A stretch of DNA of 63,197 nt, filler included, from Guillardia theta CCMP2712 (GCF_000315625.1; 4 parts of 4 records of this genome joined end to end with filler, not necessarily neighbours in it); one strand, 5' to 3'. Counted from the first letter of the whole stretch, positions 47,512 to 61,218 are shown. Numbers and translations are program-made. The notes: a model not told the origin generated them from the sequence alone.

Positions 47512-48380
47512 CGTTGGGTCAAATCAACTGAAGCTCTAACGGTAGGTAACGGTAAACCGAATCAGCGCACAGAAAGGCGTCTTGCTGAGTGACGGCAAGA
47601 ATCCGGCTGGTAATTCATACAATAGTTTTAGTGACATGCGGAGTTCGGTTCTCCTCCGAGGCCGCGTAAACCACCGGGTCCTCTGACTGAGTTGGCGACT
47701 GAAGGGGAGGGGTGTTGAAAGAGTCCCCGTATTCCGAACCCTACCCTACCCACATGATCTTCTCCAATCTCATCGTACCCCTTCCTTGTACTCTCATAAC
47801 ACCGGTAGTCATCTGGGAACACCGGTATTGAAAATGTCTCATTCGCCGCCCCACCTTGTGTTCAGATCAGTGATACCCCTCTTCGATCCTCTATCCCTCC
47901 TCTCCCCACCACCTCCCGCGCTTGCTGCCGCTTTCATTTTGCATTCCCACTTCTTGGAATCGTTGCCTCTATCATTTCCTCCCTTGTCTTCCACTTCCTC
48001 CCTCGCTAGTCTACTGCTGCTGCTACCATTCCGTCTTGTTTCTTTCCTTTGCGGTGCTTTTCCTCCTGTGCGACCTCTTTCAAGCATTCCAATCTTCAAT
48101 CTCTTCTCTTGTCTCCCTCTACACAAAGCATTTAGACCGTTATTCTCCACGATCCCTGCGTAACACTTGTCAAAGCGAACCTTTGTACTTCTGTACCCTT
48201 CTTGAACTTGTTACGAAATCTTTCGAGAATCGTTCTTGTATGTTCGTCCTGCATGCTTCCATGTCTACGTGTAACCTTGTGTTTTGTGTCTATCTGTGTT
48301 TCTGCCCTGCACCAACCATCAGGATCCTTGTTGGCAGCCATGCTGACTCAATTTCCTTTCCAGCCCTTCCGGTCTGCAGC

Positions 48381-49045
48381 ATGAAAGAGGGGAACACAAT
48401 GGAGAAAGATCAAGGACATGCAGTGCATACAACGGAACATTTTATCAACTCCATCACGAATTCCTTTGCCTCCCTCCAAGATATCATCTTGTGCTCCAAC
48501 CCAACCCCACACTTCCAGACGGCTGTGAGTACATTGCCCTGCTCGCTCCAATGTCGATGGTGACGTTGAACAGGATGGTCGCGATGTCACACGGAGTGAG
48601 AAGCCTTCTCCAGAGAGGCAGGCACGGGTGCAGTCTCACTTCAACTCCGTGTTTCAGGACACAGAGAGGATGTATCAAGCTGCGGTAAGTGTGGAGAGGC
48701 GAGGCGACAGTGAAGGGCTCATCTTCGCTCTTCGCAGGTCCTTGCAAAGGACAAGAAAGCGTTCTGGATGGCTCGTACTCTGATTGCCCAGTGCAGAGAG
48801 ACAGCGGTGAAGTCTTCATATGGTTGAGTTTGTTCCAGTCACACATGTACTCCAGAGCGAAGCGAATGTTGACATTGAGGACGTCCTCAGAAGCTTCGAG
48901 CACGAGATTGAGAGTGCTGAGTACCAGCACAAGGTCATCAGTCGCTTGCTCGCTGTGCCGAAGGTCTGACGCCTCTTTCACTATTCAGTCGAATGTCCTA
49001 GCTGCGAACAAGTCGCGGGCCCATCGAAAAATAGTTTTGTACTGA
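48381..49045 (+). CDS. Hypothetical multi-exon protein
   Basis: In-frame exons joined by gtgagt/gtaagt..cag introns (MKEGNTMEK..QTA|DGRDV..QAA|VLAKDKKAFWMART); no family recognised. Confidence 0.4.
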
Positions 49046-49184
49046 GAATCTCTTCTTCGAATCGGCTGGATCGCCATATTTTTGTACATTACCATGAATG
49101 TGTTTTGACTGAATATAGACTAATCAAATTTAAAATTTTCTCTTTCCTTTCTACACAATTTGGACAAAAGGACCAACTTGGTCA

Positions 49185-50091
49185 TCACTTCAGCGCGATT
49201 TCTTTCCCGTACTTGCTCTGGACCCGCTTGAACGCTTCTACGCTTCCAGAAAAGTATTCTGCGGAACGAAAGGTAGTCAGGACAGCAAGCAATGCTGCGG
49301 CATCAGGTTGAAGTCAAACTCACGTCCTGGCCCTTTCTCGGGATCATACTGAAGCATGCAAGAGAGAAGAATGCCTGCGTGAAAACCAACATCAGCAAGA
49401 TGTCCTCAGTTGAAAGAACTTGACCGTCAGCAGCGTCCTTGATACGCATCACATAGAGTGGGTGGCCTCCAACTTTGGCAGGTTCCTAGGGAAAGATTGA
49501 GCACACCGAGCAAGCGTAGGAAGCGTGTCAAACCTCAGAGAACGTGACTTTCTGTGCTTTATCAAGATTGATATGGCACTCGAACAGCTTGTCGCTTGAG
49601 GCGATGGTGGCGTACGTGCCCTTCCCCGGGATCTCGAAGAAAGAGAGCTTCAGCCCCATGCTTGCCGCAGTTTCCAAGACCTGAAAGAGCCACAGATCAC
49701 ACTGCATGTCGACACCCTCCCACTTCGGAACTCACCGCTCCGTTAGAGTTGATGGTGATCCATCGAACTGCAAGCAAATGATGACATTGAGAACAGGGAC
49801 CGGAAATCGCTCTGACTCACCAAGACCCCAGTCCTTGCATTCCTCCATGAGCTCCTTGAACTTGTCGTTCACCTTCCCATCCCCTGGTGCTGCCGGCCCT
49901 CCGGCCATTCTCACAGAGCACATTGCACGCTCTCCCCTGTGGCGAGGACTTGTGTGGGGAATGGTTCTGATAGCAAGCGCCTGCTGCTGCTTCAAGCTCG
50001 ACATCAAGGAGACAGAGGAAGAAGGGAGGAGAAAACCCACTGCCGACTCCATCACCATCCCCACCAACAACAAGCGCATGGCCGACAACAT
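49185..50091 (-). CDS. Plastid-targeted ChuX/HutX-like heme-binding protein, multi-exon
   Basis: Signal peptide ending SAVG-F plus Ser/Arg-rich transit peptide; KELMEECKDWGLVRWITINSNGAVLE..FEIPGKGTYA..FECHINLDK..YFSGSVEAFKRVQSKYG, resembling cyanobacterial ChuX/HutX proteins as recalled. Confidence 0.72.
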
Positions 50092-50240
50092 TCTGTTACA
50101 AGTCACAGAGCTCAGGCTCGCCTCAGCTATGTGATCGGGGACCAATACTACTTTTACTGAAAGTTAAGTTAAACTGGAAGCAGTGACTGTGACTTAGAGA
50201 AAGCGGAGTCCGACTGAGTCATCGGCCCACTGCTGTCCGG

Positions 50241-50560
50241 TGACGGAGCATAAGTTCAACGGTTTGTTAGACTTGTACTATGCCAAAGTCACGCAGATAT
50301 CACATCGACCTTAGTTGTAACAAGACAGTTTTTGCTCAAGACCAAGTTTAATGCACCGTCTGTGTGACACAAAACCAGAATTGAGGAGCACATGGCCTGA
50401 GCCTGAGAGGACCTTAGCAAGACGGCTAGGAAAGCCCCCTCTTCGTCCCACGTACTACATTGCCGCCTTGGAAACACGTCAGTCGTCTTGGTTTACAGGA
50501 GAGTTTTTGTTAACTCTGATGCTCGGCGCTATCCGTATGATCTGACTGGCCACGGCTGGC
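50241..50560 (-). mobile_element. Degenerate solo LTR of the 9575-11106 family
   Basis: Long exact reverse-complement blocks, e.g. caaagtcacgcagatatcacatcgaccttagttgtaacaagacagtttttgctcaagacc and gtcgtcttggtttacaggagagtttttgttaactc. Confidence 0.95.
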
Positions 50561-51889
50561 CGCTCCGGGCCCCCGGCGGGCAAGCTTGACAGGCGGGGGC
50601 AACTCAGTTCGCCGCCGTACGGTACGTGATCAGTACGGACCGTCCGGGGACGGTCCTGCCTCGGACCGTCACGAACCCGAGGGCCGGGCCCTCATCATTT
50701 GGGGCCGCGGCGGCCCGGCCGGGCCGATTGAGACTTCTTTTTTCCGAAATTGTTTTTTGAGTTTTACAATTTTTTTGGCTTGAATCAGGTTATGATCCTC
50801 TTTGCTTTTAGAACGATGACCCACCATTCCTTCTGTTCCACGAAAGGAATTCGATTGGGGTGGGGTACTCTAGAAGGTAGGAAAGCTCTGCTAATGGAGG
50901 GGTCATTTGCTAGATAGGAAGTCGCGGAAACTGAAGAGGGTGGGGTGGGTGTTGGGGGTAGGGGATCAATAAAGATGGAACAGGGTACGATGGGTAGGGG
51001 GTGGGTCAGCAGCAATGGTAGGGTTGCCCCCTTCCAAATAGAGGGGCGTTTCATTGGATTTCAAGGGGTAGGGGTGGTCGGGTCGTAGGGGTGGATGGGT
51101 TCTGAACGGGTTGTGGAAGCTGGCGGGAAAAGATGGCGGGGTAGCAGCGGAAGCGATCGCCATGTAAGCTCTTGCCGCCCCCATCTCCTCCCATGCACAC
51201 TTGATTTATCTTCTTTCCCTGTCTCTGTACATCTCTCTGCATACTTGTCCTTGGTTGCATTGTCTGGTAGCCTCCTCTTTGCCTCCCTGCCAGGCTCCTT
51301 TGCTACTTGTCTTTGCTGTTGGTTGTTTCCTTGTATCACCTATCTTCATCCTCTCCTGAGGCATTTCAACAATCATTCCCCCTTTCGTTTCCATAGCTCC
51401 AACCTCTCCACTCCTCCTTATGGCACTTGCTCAGTTCCCTGTCACCTCGTCGCCCTGTCGCTTGTTGTCACTAGTCCTCTTTGTCGATTGATTTTCTTCT
51501 TCGCCCTACATCCGTCACTGACACAGTCAACTCTAATCGTGTTCAGCCTCCTATGCTGAAATGTTTGTCGTCCATTCGCTCGCCTCGTCCTAGCGAATTT
51601 ACAATCCCCTCCCCACCTGTAGTAACGCAAATCTCGCAGTCATCGTTGTAATTCCATGCAAGATCCTTAACTATCATACAGTGTTGTGAAACAGTAGATG
51701 GCTTTACTTGATTGCAATTTTGCTGCACAATAAGAGAAGAAACGGCGTGAGGAGGGCGGAATGGTTATGGAGGGCAGCTTCTGAAAGTTGCAGTGTGTTG
51801 CACAATTGCTGTATTGATCCAGACCCTTAGGCTTGTTTTCAGCTGAAGTAATGCCCGTGATGCAGATTCGTTCCTAAACAGTTGAATCA

Positions 51890-54800
51890 ATGAGCTCGCA
51901 AGCCTTGAGCCACCGAACCATCTTGGATGCTCAGCACAAGGCGCATCGCGACAAGGAGCACCAAGTCGCGAAATCTGAGACACAAGCAAGAAGTTGTCCG
52001 GGAGACATGAGCCCGCAGTCTCGACCCGCTCAGAAACGAAAATCGACACATGACTCAGATGAGTCGACCAGCCTGAATCGGGAAGGGAAGAAGCAGCATC
52101 GAATAAGCGAAGCGTCGACGACTACTAAGCTTCAGGTACAGCTTGTGATCCAGAAATCTTGATCTTTGATATCTGCGTGCAGAACAAGACTGCAGAAGTA
52201 GATAATGCATCGCTATCGAGGAAACAGTCGAGATCCATGTTGGAGCTTGTCAAGAAGCTTCGAGAGAGGTTTGTTTAGTATTGAAGTCGACCTCAATGGC
52301 AACGATTGACTTCATGTCTTAGGAGCAAGACCGATTACTTTGATGCGCCCGTGAATCCCGAGAATGCACCTGGGTTTGTTCCTGTTTTCGTAGAGGAAAC
52401 ATTCTCCTTTGACAGGTTCCATTGCTAGATATCATTCACCAAACAATCCAGAAGAAACAGCTTGGAACACAGAAGTGATGTATTTCGACAAGATGCTCGC
52501 GAAGGCTTCAGCAGGACACTATGACCGGGACCCCAACATACGACTGTCAAGAGTAATAGTCTCATATTCGAATTGATGTCTTGATTCTGAGTCCTGCCAA
52601 GGTGGAGTTTGATTTCAACCTCATGATCTACAACGCCATCATCTACAACAATCAAAAGCACCCTGTGAATGTAGCTGCAAGGGCATTGCACAAAAAGGTG
52701 CAGAAGGTTTGTCCGATCTTTCTATTATCGGAACATGGGCTGAGGGGGAGCAGATACTTCAAGGCTGGATGGATGGGGCACTGCTGTGCAGAAAGTGTGG
52801 TGGAGATGAAGTCTACATTGAGAACAGAATTTTGATTTGTGACTATTGCTGTGAAGGTCGCTCTCGTGAGTGGACTCCAGGCTGTAAGTGAGTTTTGTAG
52901 GTGTACACGATCAGTGTCAAGATGAGCGGCGACCGGACGAACAGGTTTAGCTTCAGACTCGACCGCGTTGTGGTGGAGTGATGCGAGTGTTGAATCTTGC
53001 AGGGGCACCATCCCTTGAGAAAGGAATCTTCGTGGTTCTGTTCGCAAGCTTGCCGCAAGACTTTCTTCAAGATAGCCAAGAAGTTCCAGTTGCCTGAAGA
53101 GGAACTTGGGGAGCATTACGGAGGCCCGCAGCCTTTGTCTTTCAGGATTGAGGATGGACAGGTGGGGTAACAAAGACATAGTGAGATGTGCTGACCTTGT
53201 AGTTGACAGCTCGTCCTTGCCTGTTTGGGCGATGAGGCGATGTGCCCTGGTGTGACCAGCTTGCCAACCACACCAGAACACAACCAAGAGGCTCAACGGT
53301 TTCCTGACCGCCCGATGGTCCTGTGGCAACAGGTTGTACATCCTGTGTTTGTGTCACCACGAACCTCATCAAAACAATTCTTAGCGGGGTTCACGTGCGA
53401 CATGGGGGTTCGCTTCTTCCTACAAGGTGATCGACGAGAACTTCGACTTCCTTTCCTACATCGAAGACGTGGAGCAGGTCAATCCCCTATCCACTTCATG
53501 ACAGAAAAATTCACTTTCGTCTCAGAATCGCAAGGCAGCATTTGTTGAACAGCTACTTTGGGCCATCAAGAATAGCAAGTTTGAGAACAGTATGCTTTGG
53601 CAGTTCCTTTTCCTCTGCCGCCACGTGCTAACTGCCTCATGTTGCAGCAATCAGCCCAGAAATTTTGTCTGCCATAGCAATGAAAGGCAAGAGAAACAAA
53701 AAACAAGTGTATCGTCAGCATGACGACGCAGAGAAAGGTTTCTAGATGTCCTCGTATGTCATGCCTGAGCTGACCTTGAATGTATCCAGGTGCCAAGGGT
53801 TGTGCGATTGAAGTAGATTTGATCGTTTCTTGTGACAACAGCCTGATCCTCTCATTGCAGAGCTCACAGGATGCCATCGGAGAGACAAAAGATTCGCCGG
53901 CTACCCAGAAGAATGCAAGTCCTCTACCGGCAAACTCTGAAACCCAGTCCGAGGCTGACGTGGAAAGCGGAGCATCGCGGAGGCGCAGCGACCCATCGAT
54001 CGCCTCGCGAGCGGAAGATAAGCACCACAAGAAGGTTTCAGGCCGGAATGATGCTGAAGTCCTGCAGAAGCCTTCTTCTGGTACTCCAATCTCTCGCTGT
54101 TTTGTCACACGGCTGTGCTGATGTTTCTTCAAGATCCAGCGTCAAAAGGTGGTAGCGAGGAGAAGAAGAAACGACCCCAGAACCCCGCCAAACAACACTC
54201 AAAGTCTACCACGGTACCGCCGGGCCAGGAGAGAAACGATCAAGTGGGTGGAGCCATCGATGCAGATTCTTCGAGCAAGATCGAGAAATATTCTTTGAAT
54301 GCATTGCTGCAGAGAATCCCAGACAGGAATTCAGAAGGTGCAGCAGAGGGAGAAAGCTCTACGGCTGGAGGCGTCCAGGCAACTACCAGCACAGAAAACG
54401 AATCTCCGGTGGACGCTACCGATCCCAAGATCATCAATGAGATGGTCAGGAAGCATCCTGTCAAACTCATACCCAAGTACGAGATCAACGGGAAGTTTGT
54501 CGGAGTCCATTGCCCTGCTTCCGAGTCTATCGTCGGCAAGAACACACCAAGGAGCAAGAAGTGCGAACAAGTTTGTCAGTATTGCAGCAGGATTGGACAT
54601 CAGGGCTTCGAATGCCCCGCGCTCTTTGCCAAAGTCCATTCCAGGCCACTCCCGGGATTCAACATGGATGGAACGAGAAATCCGGGTCAGTGGTGCGGAG
54701 ATTGCATTCTGCAATCTACGGCCCTGGAATGGGTGACGCTAGAAGAAGAGGGATATTTTGCTTACGGTACCCCACAAGAAGAAGAATTGTCAGACTCGAA

Positions 54801-57785
54801 CGAACAGATGGAAGTTGAGAAAGAGAAACGAGGCGAAGATGAGGTTGACAGAGCAATTGACGATGACGAGCACACCGACAATGGAAACGACGGTGTTGAC
54901 AAAGAAAATGAGATCGCGATTGAGGTTGAGAAGGAGAGCGAGAGAGAGGACGAGAACACGAACAAGCATGTGAACCAAGGGGAAAACGAGAACAATCTTG
55001 ATGATTCGATGGATTCCTCATCAACGACGCAAGTATGCCCCAGCGAAAGAGGTGCCGAGGATAGTCTGTCCACAGGTCGGCCATCCATCGAGGCCTCCAA
55101 CGCCGATAGCTCACGATCCACTGGAGCCAACGATACTACCACTCACGTTCAACAAACAGACGATTCCTTGCAAGCCGCAGGTAAATCCTGCTCTCAATTC
55201 ATTAAGTTCGTCTAACGTTTGGTTCTCTTGCAAACGTCTGGCAAGCAGTTGACAAAGTAGAGCTTTCTGCGTCTGCCTCAGGTGTTGGCGAAAGGAAAGC
55301 CGAGACTGACGCAGGAAGTTCGAAGCAAGGACATGGCGATTCAAACGTGGAATCTCGGAAAGATCTAGCACAAGTAGGCTCGAGCAAGCCGACAACTCAT
55401 CAGGTTCAAGACTCTTGCAATGGAGCACACGAAGGATCCAGCAGGATGATGGAAATTGAAGCTGAAACGACCGCGGCAGATGTATCAAAACAGGCTGACG
55501 GTGCTCAAGTAGCCAGCACGACTAGCCCTGAGAGCATGAACTCTGCTGGACCAGCCAACGCACGTCACGAACCTGCACACACAGACACAACAGACACAAA
55601 ACAGCAGGCGCGAAGTCATCAACCCCAGATGTCAAACATTCAGTCCATCGCGCTACAACCCGCAGGTGCAAGTGGAGCAGGTCCGTCATCCCAACCAGGG
55701 GTAGCAAACGTCAACAACGTGAACTTAGGCCTGTCACTGGTGATTGAAACTCTTTCCTCCCACAGTGTTTGGTAATCTTCCTTACAGCCAAAACAGCAAG
55801 GGGAGGTGAGTAACTATATTGGGGTGAAGCAGTTGAGGGATGGGAGGTTTGGGACTGCTGCTTTGATTGGAAGCAAATGGGTGAGTGGAAAACAAGGATC
55901 CAAGTGGACTTGACTGGAATGCAGGTGGCGATGCATCCGTTCGCGACAAGGAAGCTGGCTGCAAGAGCATACGACGTCATCCTTGCCCGTCATTTCAACT
56001 TTCAAATACCACCACACGTTAGGCTGAACTTCCCACAAGACTACGAGTGCACGTGCGAGGTGGTTCAGGTAGACGGACTTGCGCGAAGGTGCCGATCCTT
56101 CTCATCCACCTGCCGTTACAGATCTTCTCAGAAGCCAAACAGAAGATCTTGAACTGCGAAGTGATCCACGAGGATGGAAGGAGAACAAGCCCAAGTGCCA
56201 ACGTCACGCAGGCTCAACAAGCGAGCAGACAGCCGTGATTGCCTTGTCTCTCTCTCCCATCACCCCCATACCTTACAGACGTCCCGTGCAGGCAAGGACA
56301 AAATTATCTGCAAGCTGATGTGCCAAGAACTTCCTCAGCAACAGCGACAGCATCGGCTGTAGCAGTCAGCCGAGGACCTACAGGCAAATCAGGTTGTCCT
56401 CTCGTTGGTCAATCGAAAATCTTCTTCTCACTCGTCGACAGGCGTCAACTCTGCTCGCCCTGCTGCTGCCACGTACCCGCATCGCAACCCTGTCCTTCAG
56501 GCCACAGCCGTTCCCCTCGAGATACAGTCGGGAGGCCACTCTAAAATCGTTCAGGCAACGGCCGTGGTGACCTCCTCAAATCAGCCTGCGTCGCAGCCGA
56601 TGAACCCTCGGACATACAACGTCACCTCGCACATGCAAGCTCCCGTTGGTGGGCAGAGCTCAGCTCCTGACCCCAGGCAAGGGGCGATAAGAGCACAGCT
56701 CCCCGCCAACGCTCGGGTCCAGGTGCAGCACAATGCTCACAATGACAGCATGTCGCCCAGGCCGGCTGCCGGTGGCCTGCCCTCTCCAGCTTCCACGTTT
56801 CGAGCCGTCGTGCAGCAAGCAGCGAGCAGCCGACCGACAGTCTCGAGCTCAATGCATTCGATCCTGACGCCCCATCAAGCCCTCAAGAACGCCAACGAAC
56901 GGGAGCAGCGCGCACGAGCCGAGCTGATGGATGCATGTAAATTCTTCAACGTGAGTGCCGCTGCTGCCAGGGTGCTTGCAAATGACAAGTTGATTTCAGC
57001 CGAACACGAGCGTCGAGTTCATCCCGCTGAACAGATCACCAACCTCAAGAACCTTCTGTGGACCTATGGAGACTCCTTGGCAACCAAACTTGCCGCCATC
57101 GATCAACTCAAGAGGTCCGAACCTTCACTTGCTCTCCCTCCTAGCTCCCGCTCTTCTCCCAAACCCTGACCAGCACCTCCGTAGCTCACCCCTCGCTCCA
57201 CCTCTATCCTCGTTGATGCCTCCTCCTTTCCGAAGTTCACCTTCCCTTCCCCAGCTCCCCCCCTCCCCTCCTCCATCCCCTCGCTCTTCAGGCCTCTTTC
57301 GCTCCTTTGTTCCCTTGTCTAACTCTCACTCTCCTCGCTCCTTGGCCAACAGTGCTCTGGGCATCTCCCTCGAGACGTCGACCGTTACTGCGCACCTCGC
57401 GATCGTGAAGCAAGCAAAAGACAACTTCAATCAATGTTTGCTGCAGCAGCGAATGCACGACAAGGCTCGACAGGCAGGGCCAGGAGTCGATTCCAGCTCC
57501 ATTCCAGCTGACCCTCTGTTGACAGGACTACACCAGGGCCATGCAGAGTGTCCTTGATGGCTTTGGGGATAAGGAGAAGCTGGCAGACAGGTGGGCACTT
57601 TGACACCGACCGACTCGTCCTGACCCTCCGGTAGACACCTCGAGGACATTGCGCGCTGCAACGAGAGCTTCTTCAGTTACCTCAAACAGATCTGGACGTG
57701 CCTCCAGCAGATTCGGAACGAAAGCAGGCCCGGCGGTCCGGCCAAACTCACTGACGGCCACCCCGGGACAGCCGCGCCGCGCTGA
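51890..57785 (+). CDS. Large chromatin/transcription regulator: bromodomain, PHD finger, CCHC knuckle, AP2 domain
   Basis: YFDAPVNPENAPGY..DFNLMIYNAIIYNNQKHPV (bromo); CRKCGGDEVYIENRILICDYCCEGVHDQC..WFCSQAC (PHD); CQYCSRIGHQGFECP; SNYIGV..FATRKLAARAYDVI..RLNFP (AP2). Confidence 0.78.
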
Positions 57786-58124
57786 GTGCGGCTCAGCGGC
57801 TGGAAGGACGAATTCACACCTGTTATGAAATGCACTATCAGACAACCAAACGCTAGTAGAAGTAGCAGGCGATCTTGACGGAGAATCCCCGGGTCTGTCT
57901 GCTGCTGAGTAACTCAGCCGGATCACACGTGACTGAAAGTCGGGGCCCGCCGGGCGGCCCGGCTGCCGCGGCCCGGCCGCCCGTGACCGGCGGCGTCGGC
58001 GTACCGGCGTGACTGCCTGCGGCACCTTTGATTAACCGTTACGCATTGTTTGTAACCGGCGGTCATCAAACTAGATCCCTCCATTCATGCTCGACTAGCC
58101 TCCTTCTGTCATGTTGCCCCTCCC

Positions 58125-58270
58125 CTTCCTCCCTTCGCTCCAACCATCTGCCCCTCCCCTTCCTCCCTCGCTTCAACCATCTGCCCCTCCCCTTCCTTCC
58201 TCACTCCAACCATCTGCCCCTCCCCTTCCTCCCTTCGCTCCGACCATCTGCCCCTCCCCTTCCTCCCTTG
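58125..58270. repeat. 33-bp minisatellite, about 4 copies
   Basis: accatctgcccctccccttcct repeated. Confidence 0.85.
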
Positions 58271-58732
58271 CTCCTGCTCCTGCCCCTACTCCTGCTCCTG
58301 CTGATCCTGCTCCTGCTCCTGCTCCAACGGCTTTGAAAGCGTTTCCTCACTCTTCTCCTCCATTATCCTATGCAAGAAGCCTACCCCCCATCCCTCATGA
58401 TAGACAATCGCTGCTGGATCTGCTGCCCCCCTCCATACCTTCTCTCTTCGCACGTTTCACTTCCTTCTCTTACCAACCTCAATTCATGTTCTGATCTGGC
58501 CTCCAGCCCTCTTCATCCTTCACTTCCTCTTCCTCTTCGTGGTCTTCTGTCATCGGGCCCCTTGTAGATATGCCGCGATCCTCGCTCACTCCCTTGTCCT
58601 CCTTCAAAATGTTGAAAGCTTCTTCCTCAAAGTCCTTTCAACATCCCCTCCTCCCACCATTCTCAACCTCCACATAGTTCGTTTTGCGTGCTCACACTCT
58701 GTTTCAGTTCTCTTCTCTACCAGCTATCAGAG

Positions 58733-59980
58733 ATGCTCCTGCCCAACGTGAACGACGAGGAGGACAGCCTCCGCCTCCCCCGTCCTCCTTCCCCTCGCAT
58801 CCGAATCACTGAATCGCCCCACGGCTCTTCCATCCCCTACCAGGAGCCCTGGATCGAGTCAGTGGGGAGCAGTATGAGTTCGGCCCTCCCTCCTCCTCCT
58901 TCCCGGCACCTCTGGGATGGCGACACGAGCTCGCATGCATCGGCCGAGCATGTCACGTCGGAGATGCTGGACCAGTTGGTGGAGCGGAAGATCAAGCAGC
59001 TGGCCCCTTCTGATGGAGGAGGCTCCAGCGCTGCTCTTCCTCCTCTCCCTCCGCCAGCTCCTGCTCCTGCTAACGCCCATCGTGGGCAGCCCGACGACCA
59101 GCACGCCGACAAGTCCTCTAGGCCCTCTCCTATCCCTCCCGCCAATGTCGCTGGAGGGCCGAGGAAAGTCGCTGCCGTGAACGGCGACAAGTCAAAGTCA
59201 AGACCTCAGCAGTCGTTGTCAGGTCAGTTCAGGCAGGTCGCAGCCGCGAGTTTGACGCGAATGGCAGCACTCTCTCCTCCCCCAGCTCTGGACGGACTGA
59301 TACCCGAGCAGATGATGTGGGGATGAATCCTCGGGGGCATGTCAGAGTGACGACGTTATGACAGTGAGGGGAGTCGGCTGAAGGACGCGGAGAACGGATC
59401 TCAGATCTTTGGTAGATCCCTTTGCTCGGATCCTCTTCCTTCTCCTCTGATCTTCTTCCCCCCTGGCCCCCTGTCATCCTCCTCAGCTGCTGACCGCAAA
59501 CAGCTCGTTGCCGTCCTCCTCACTGGTGCCTGCAGACAGCAGCTTTTCTCCCGTCCCCCGGATCGCCAACAAGGTGACGTGGCAGACGCTGCCTGTGAAG
59601 TGGGCCCATGACGAGCTTCTTTGCAGTCCTTCGGTACTCAGTGGACAATCCATTCCACAGCAGGTGACTTGACAGGAGAGAGCGGGAAGGAGATGAACGA
59701 GGGAGGAGGGAGGAGGGAGGAGGGAGAGACGGGGGAGGCAGGCAAGGATATGCGGGCAGGGAGAAGCAGTGAGGGAGTGAGATGGAGGCAGGGAGGGAGG
59801 AGCAGGAAGGAGTGAGAGTGAGGGAGGAGAGGGACGCGGCAAGGGAGAAGGAGGGAGGGATAAGAATTCTTGTAGGGACCTGGGATGCTCATCCTATCAG
59901 TTTCAACAATCCTCCTGTTCAAGTTAGACCTGGCCTGGGAGCCTGGGGCACAAAGTCTGGTGACTTGTCAGGTGAGATTT
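58733..59980 (+). CDS. Hypothetical Pro/Ser-rich protein, partial, multi-exon
   Basis: ORF 58688-59326 with coding-like composition and downstream exons; no domain recognised. Confidence 0.45.
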
Positions 59981-60219
59981 GACGTNNNNNNNNNNNNNNN
60001 NNNNNNNNNNNNNNNNNNNNNNNNNNNNNTTAATTAATTAANNNNNNNNNNNNNNNNNNNNNNNNNNNNNNNNNNNNNNNNNNNNCAGAGCAGGGGAGGA
60101 AAAAGGAACTGCAAAGGGAGAGGGGGGGGGGGGGGAGGGGGAAGGAGAAGGGGAGTGGTAGGAGCGGGGCGGAGAGGAAGGAGAGGAAGGAAGAGGAAGG
60201 AGAGGGAGAAAGGAAGGAA

Positions 60220-61218
60220 CCTTTAGTTTGACTCGTATAGAGAAATCTCTTGTATCTCCTCGCTTGACCTGCCTCGAGCCCATCGGAACCTCAAGGCGGA
60301 AGGATGGGCGGGAGATCGTCGCCTCCTCCAGCCACTCCTCATAGCTCATCCGCTGATAGTCCACCTGCCATGGAGACAAGGAGGGAGGAGAAAGGAGGAA
60401 GGCAGGACGGGAGGAGGGGGAAGGAGGGCAGGAGGGGGAAGGTAGGCAGGAGGAGAGAAGGGGGGAGGGAAGTATGTGGCAGCAGGGAGCAAGGGAGAGA
60501 GAAGAGGAGGAGAAACAAGTCAATCTCCCGAAGCACAAGAGGCCAGCAGCGTTACAGGCGGCTGCTCCCTCCTCTCGAGGAGGTTCAGGAAGGAGGAGAA
60601 CGGATCGGCAGCGCTGAGGAGAGGAGGAGGGAGGGGAGCGTCGCCCTGCCTCTCCTCCCCCGCCACTCCCTGCATCCTCTTCTGCACAAACTTGGTCGGC
60701 GATCTTGTCATGTACTTCATCTCTTTCTGACTCTCAGCCGCCGCGAGCTTCTGCTGCAGTTGCGCAGCCCTCCTCTGCGCCGCCTTCCTCCTCTGCTCGC
60801 CCTCCACGCTCCCATCCCCCTCCTTCAGCCTCCTCGCTGCCCGCAGCAGCGTCTTCTCGCTGCTCGGCCGGTACCAAGTCGACTCTCGTGTCTTGACATT
60901 CCAGAAGTACGTCCTTCCTGTAGCTCCATCTACTGCAGTCCTCCAGTCCTCCGGCAGCCCCTCCTCCTCCGACCGCTCCTCCTCTACTCCTGCTTCCCTC
61001 GACCCGACCGATAGGGCAGCATTCCTCTGTCTCCCCTCCTCTGCCCACCTCCCAATATGCCCCCACCTCGTCCTCGCACACACGGCGTGCGGGGGAGCAC
61101 GTCTAGCAGTGAGGGAGGGGGAGAAGTGGAATGAGAGGGAAGTTGTCAGGAAGCATGAGAGGAGGAGGAGGGAGGCAGAGACACTACGAGGAGGAGGAGC
61201 AGGAAGAGGATACATCAT
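60220..61218 (-). CDS. WW-domain protein, multi-exon
   Basis: LPEDWRTAVDGATGRTYFWNVKTRESTWYRP. Confidence 0.8.

Noticed and set aside
48484-48981. 165-aa minus-strand ORF
   Set aside because: Splice signals favour a plus-strand gene here; likely an antisense shadow.
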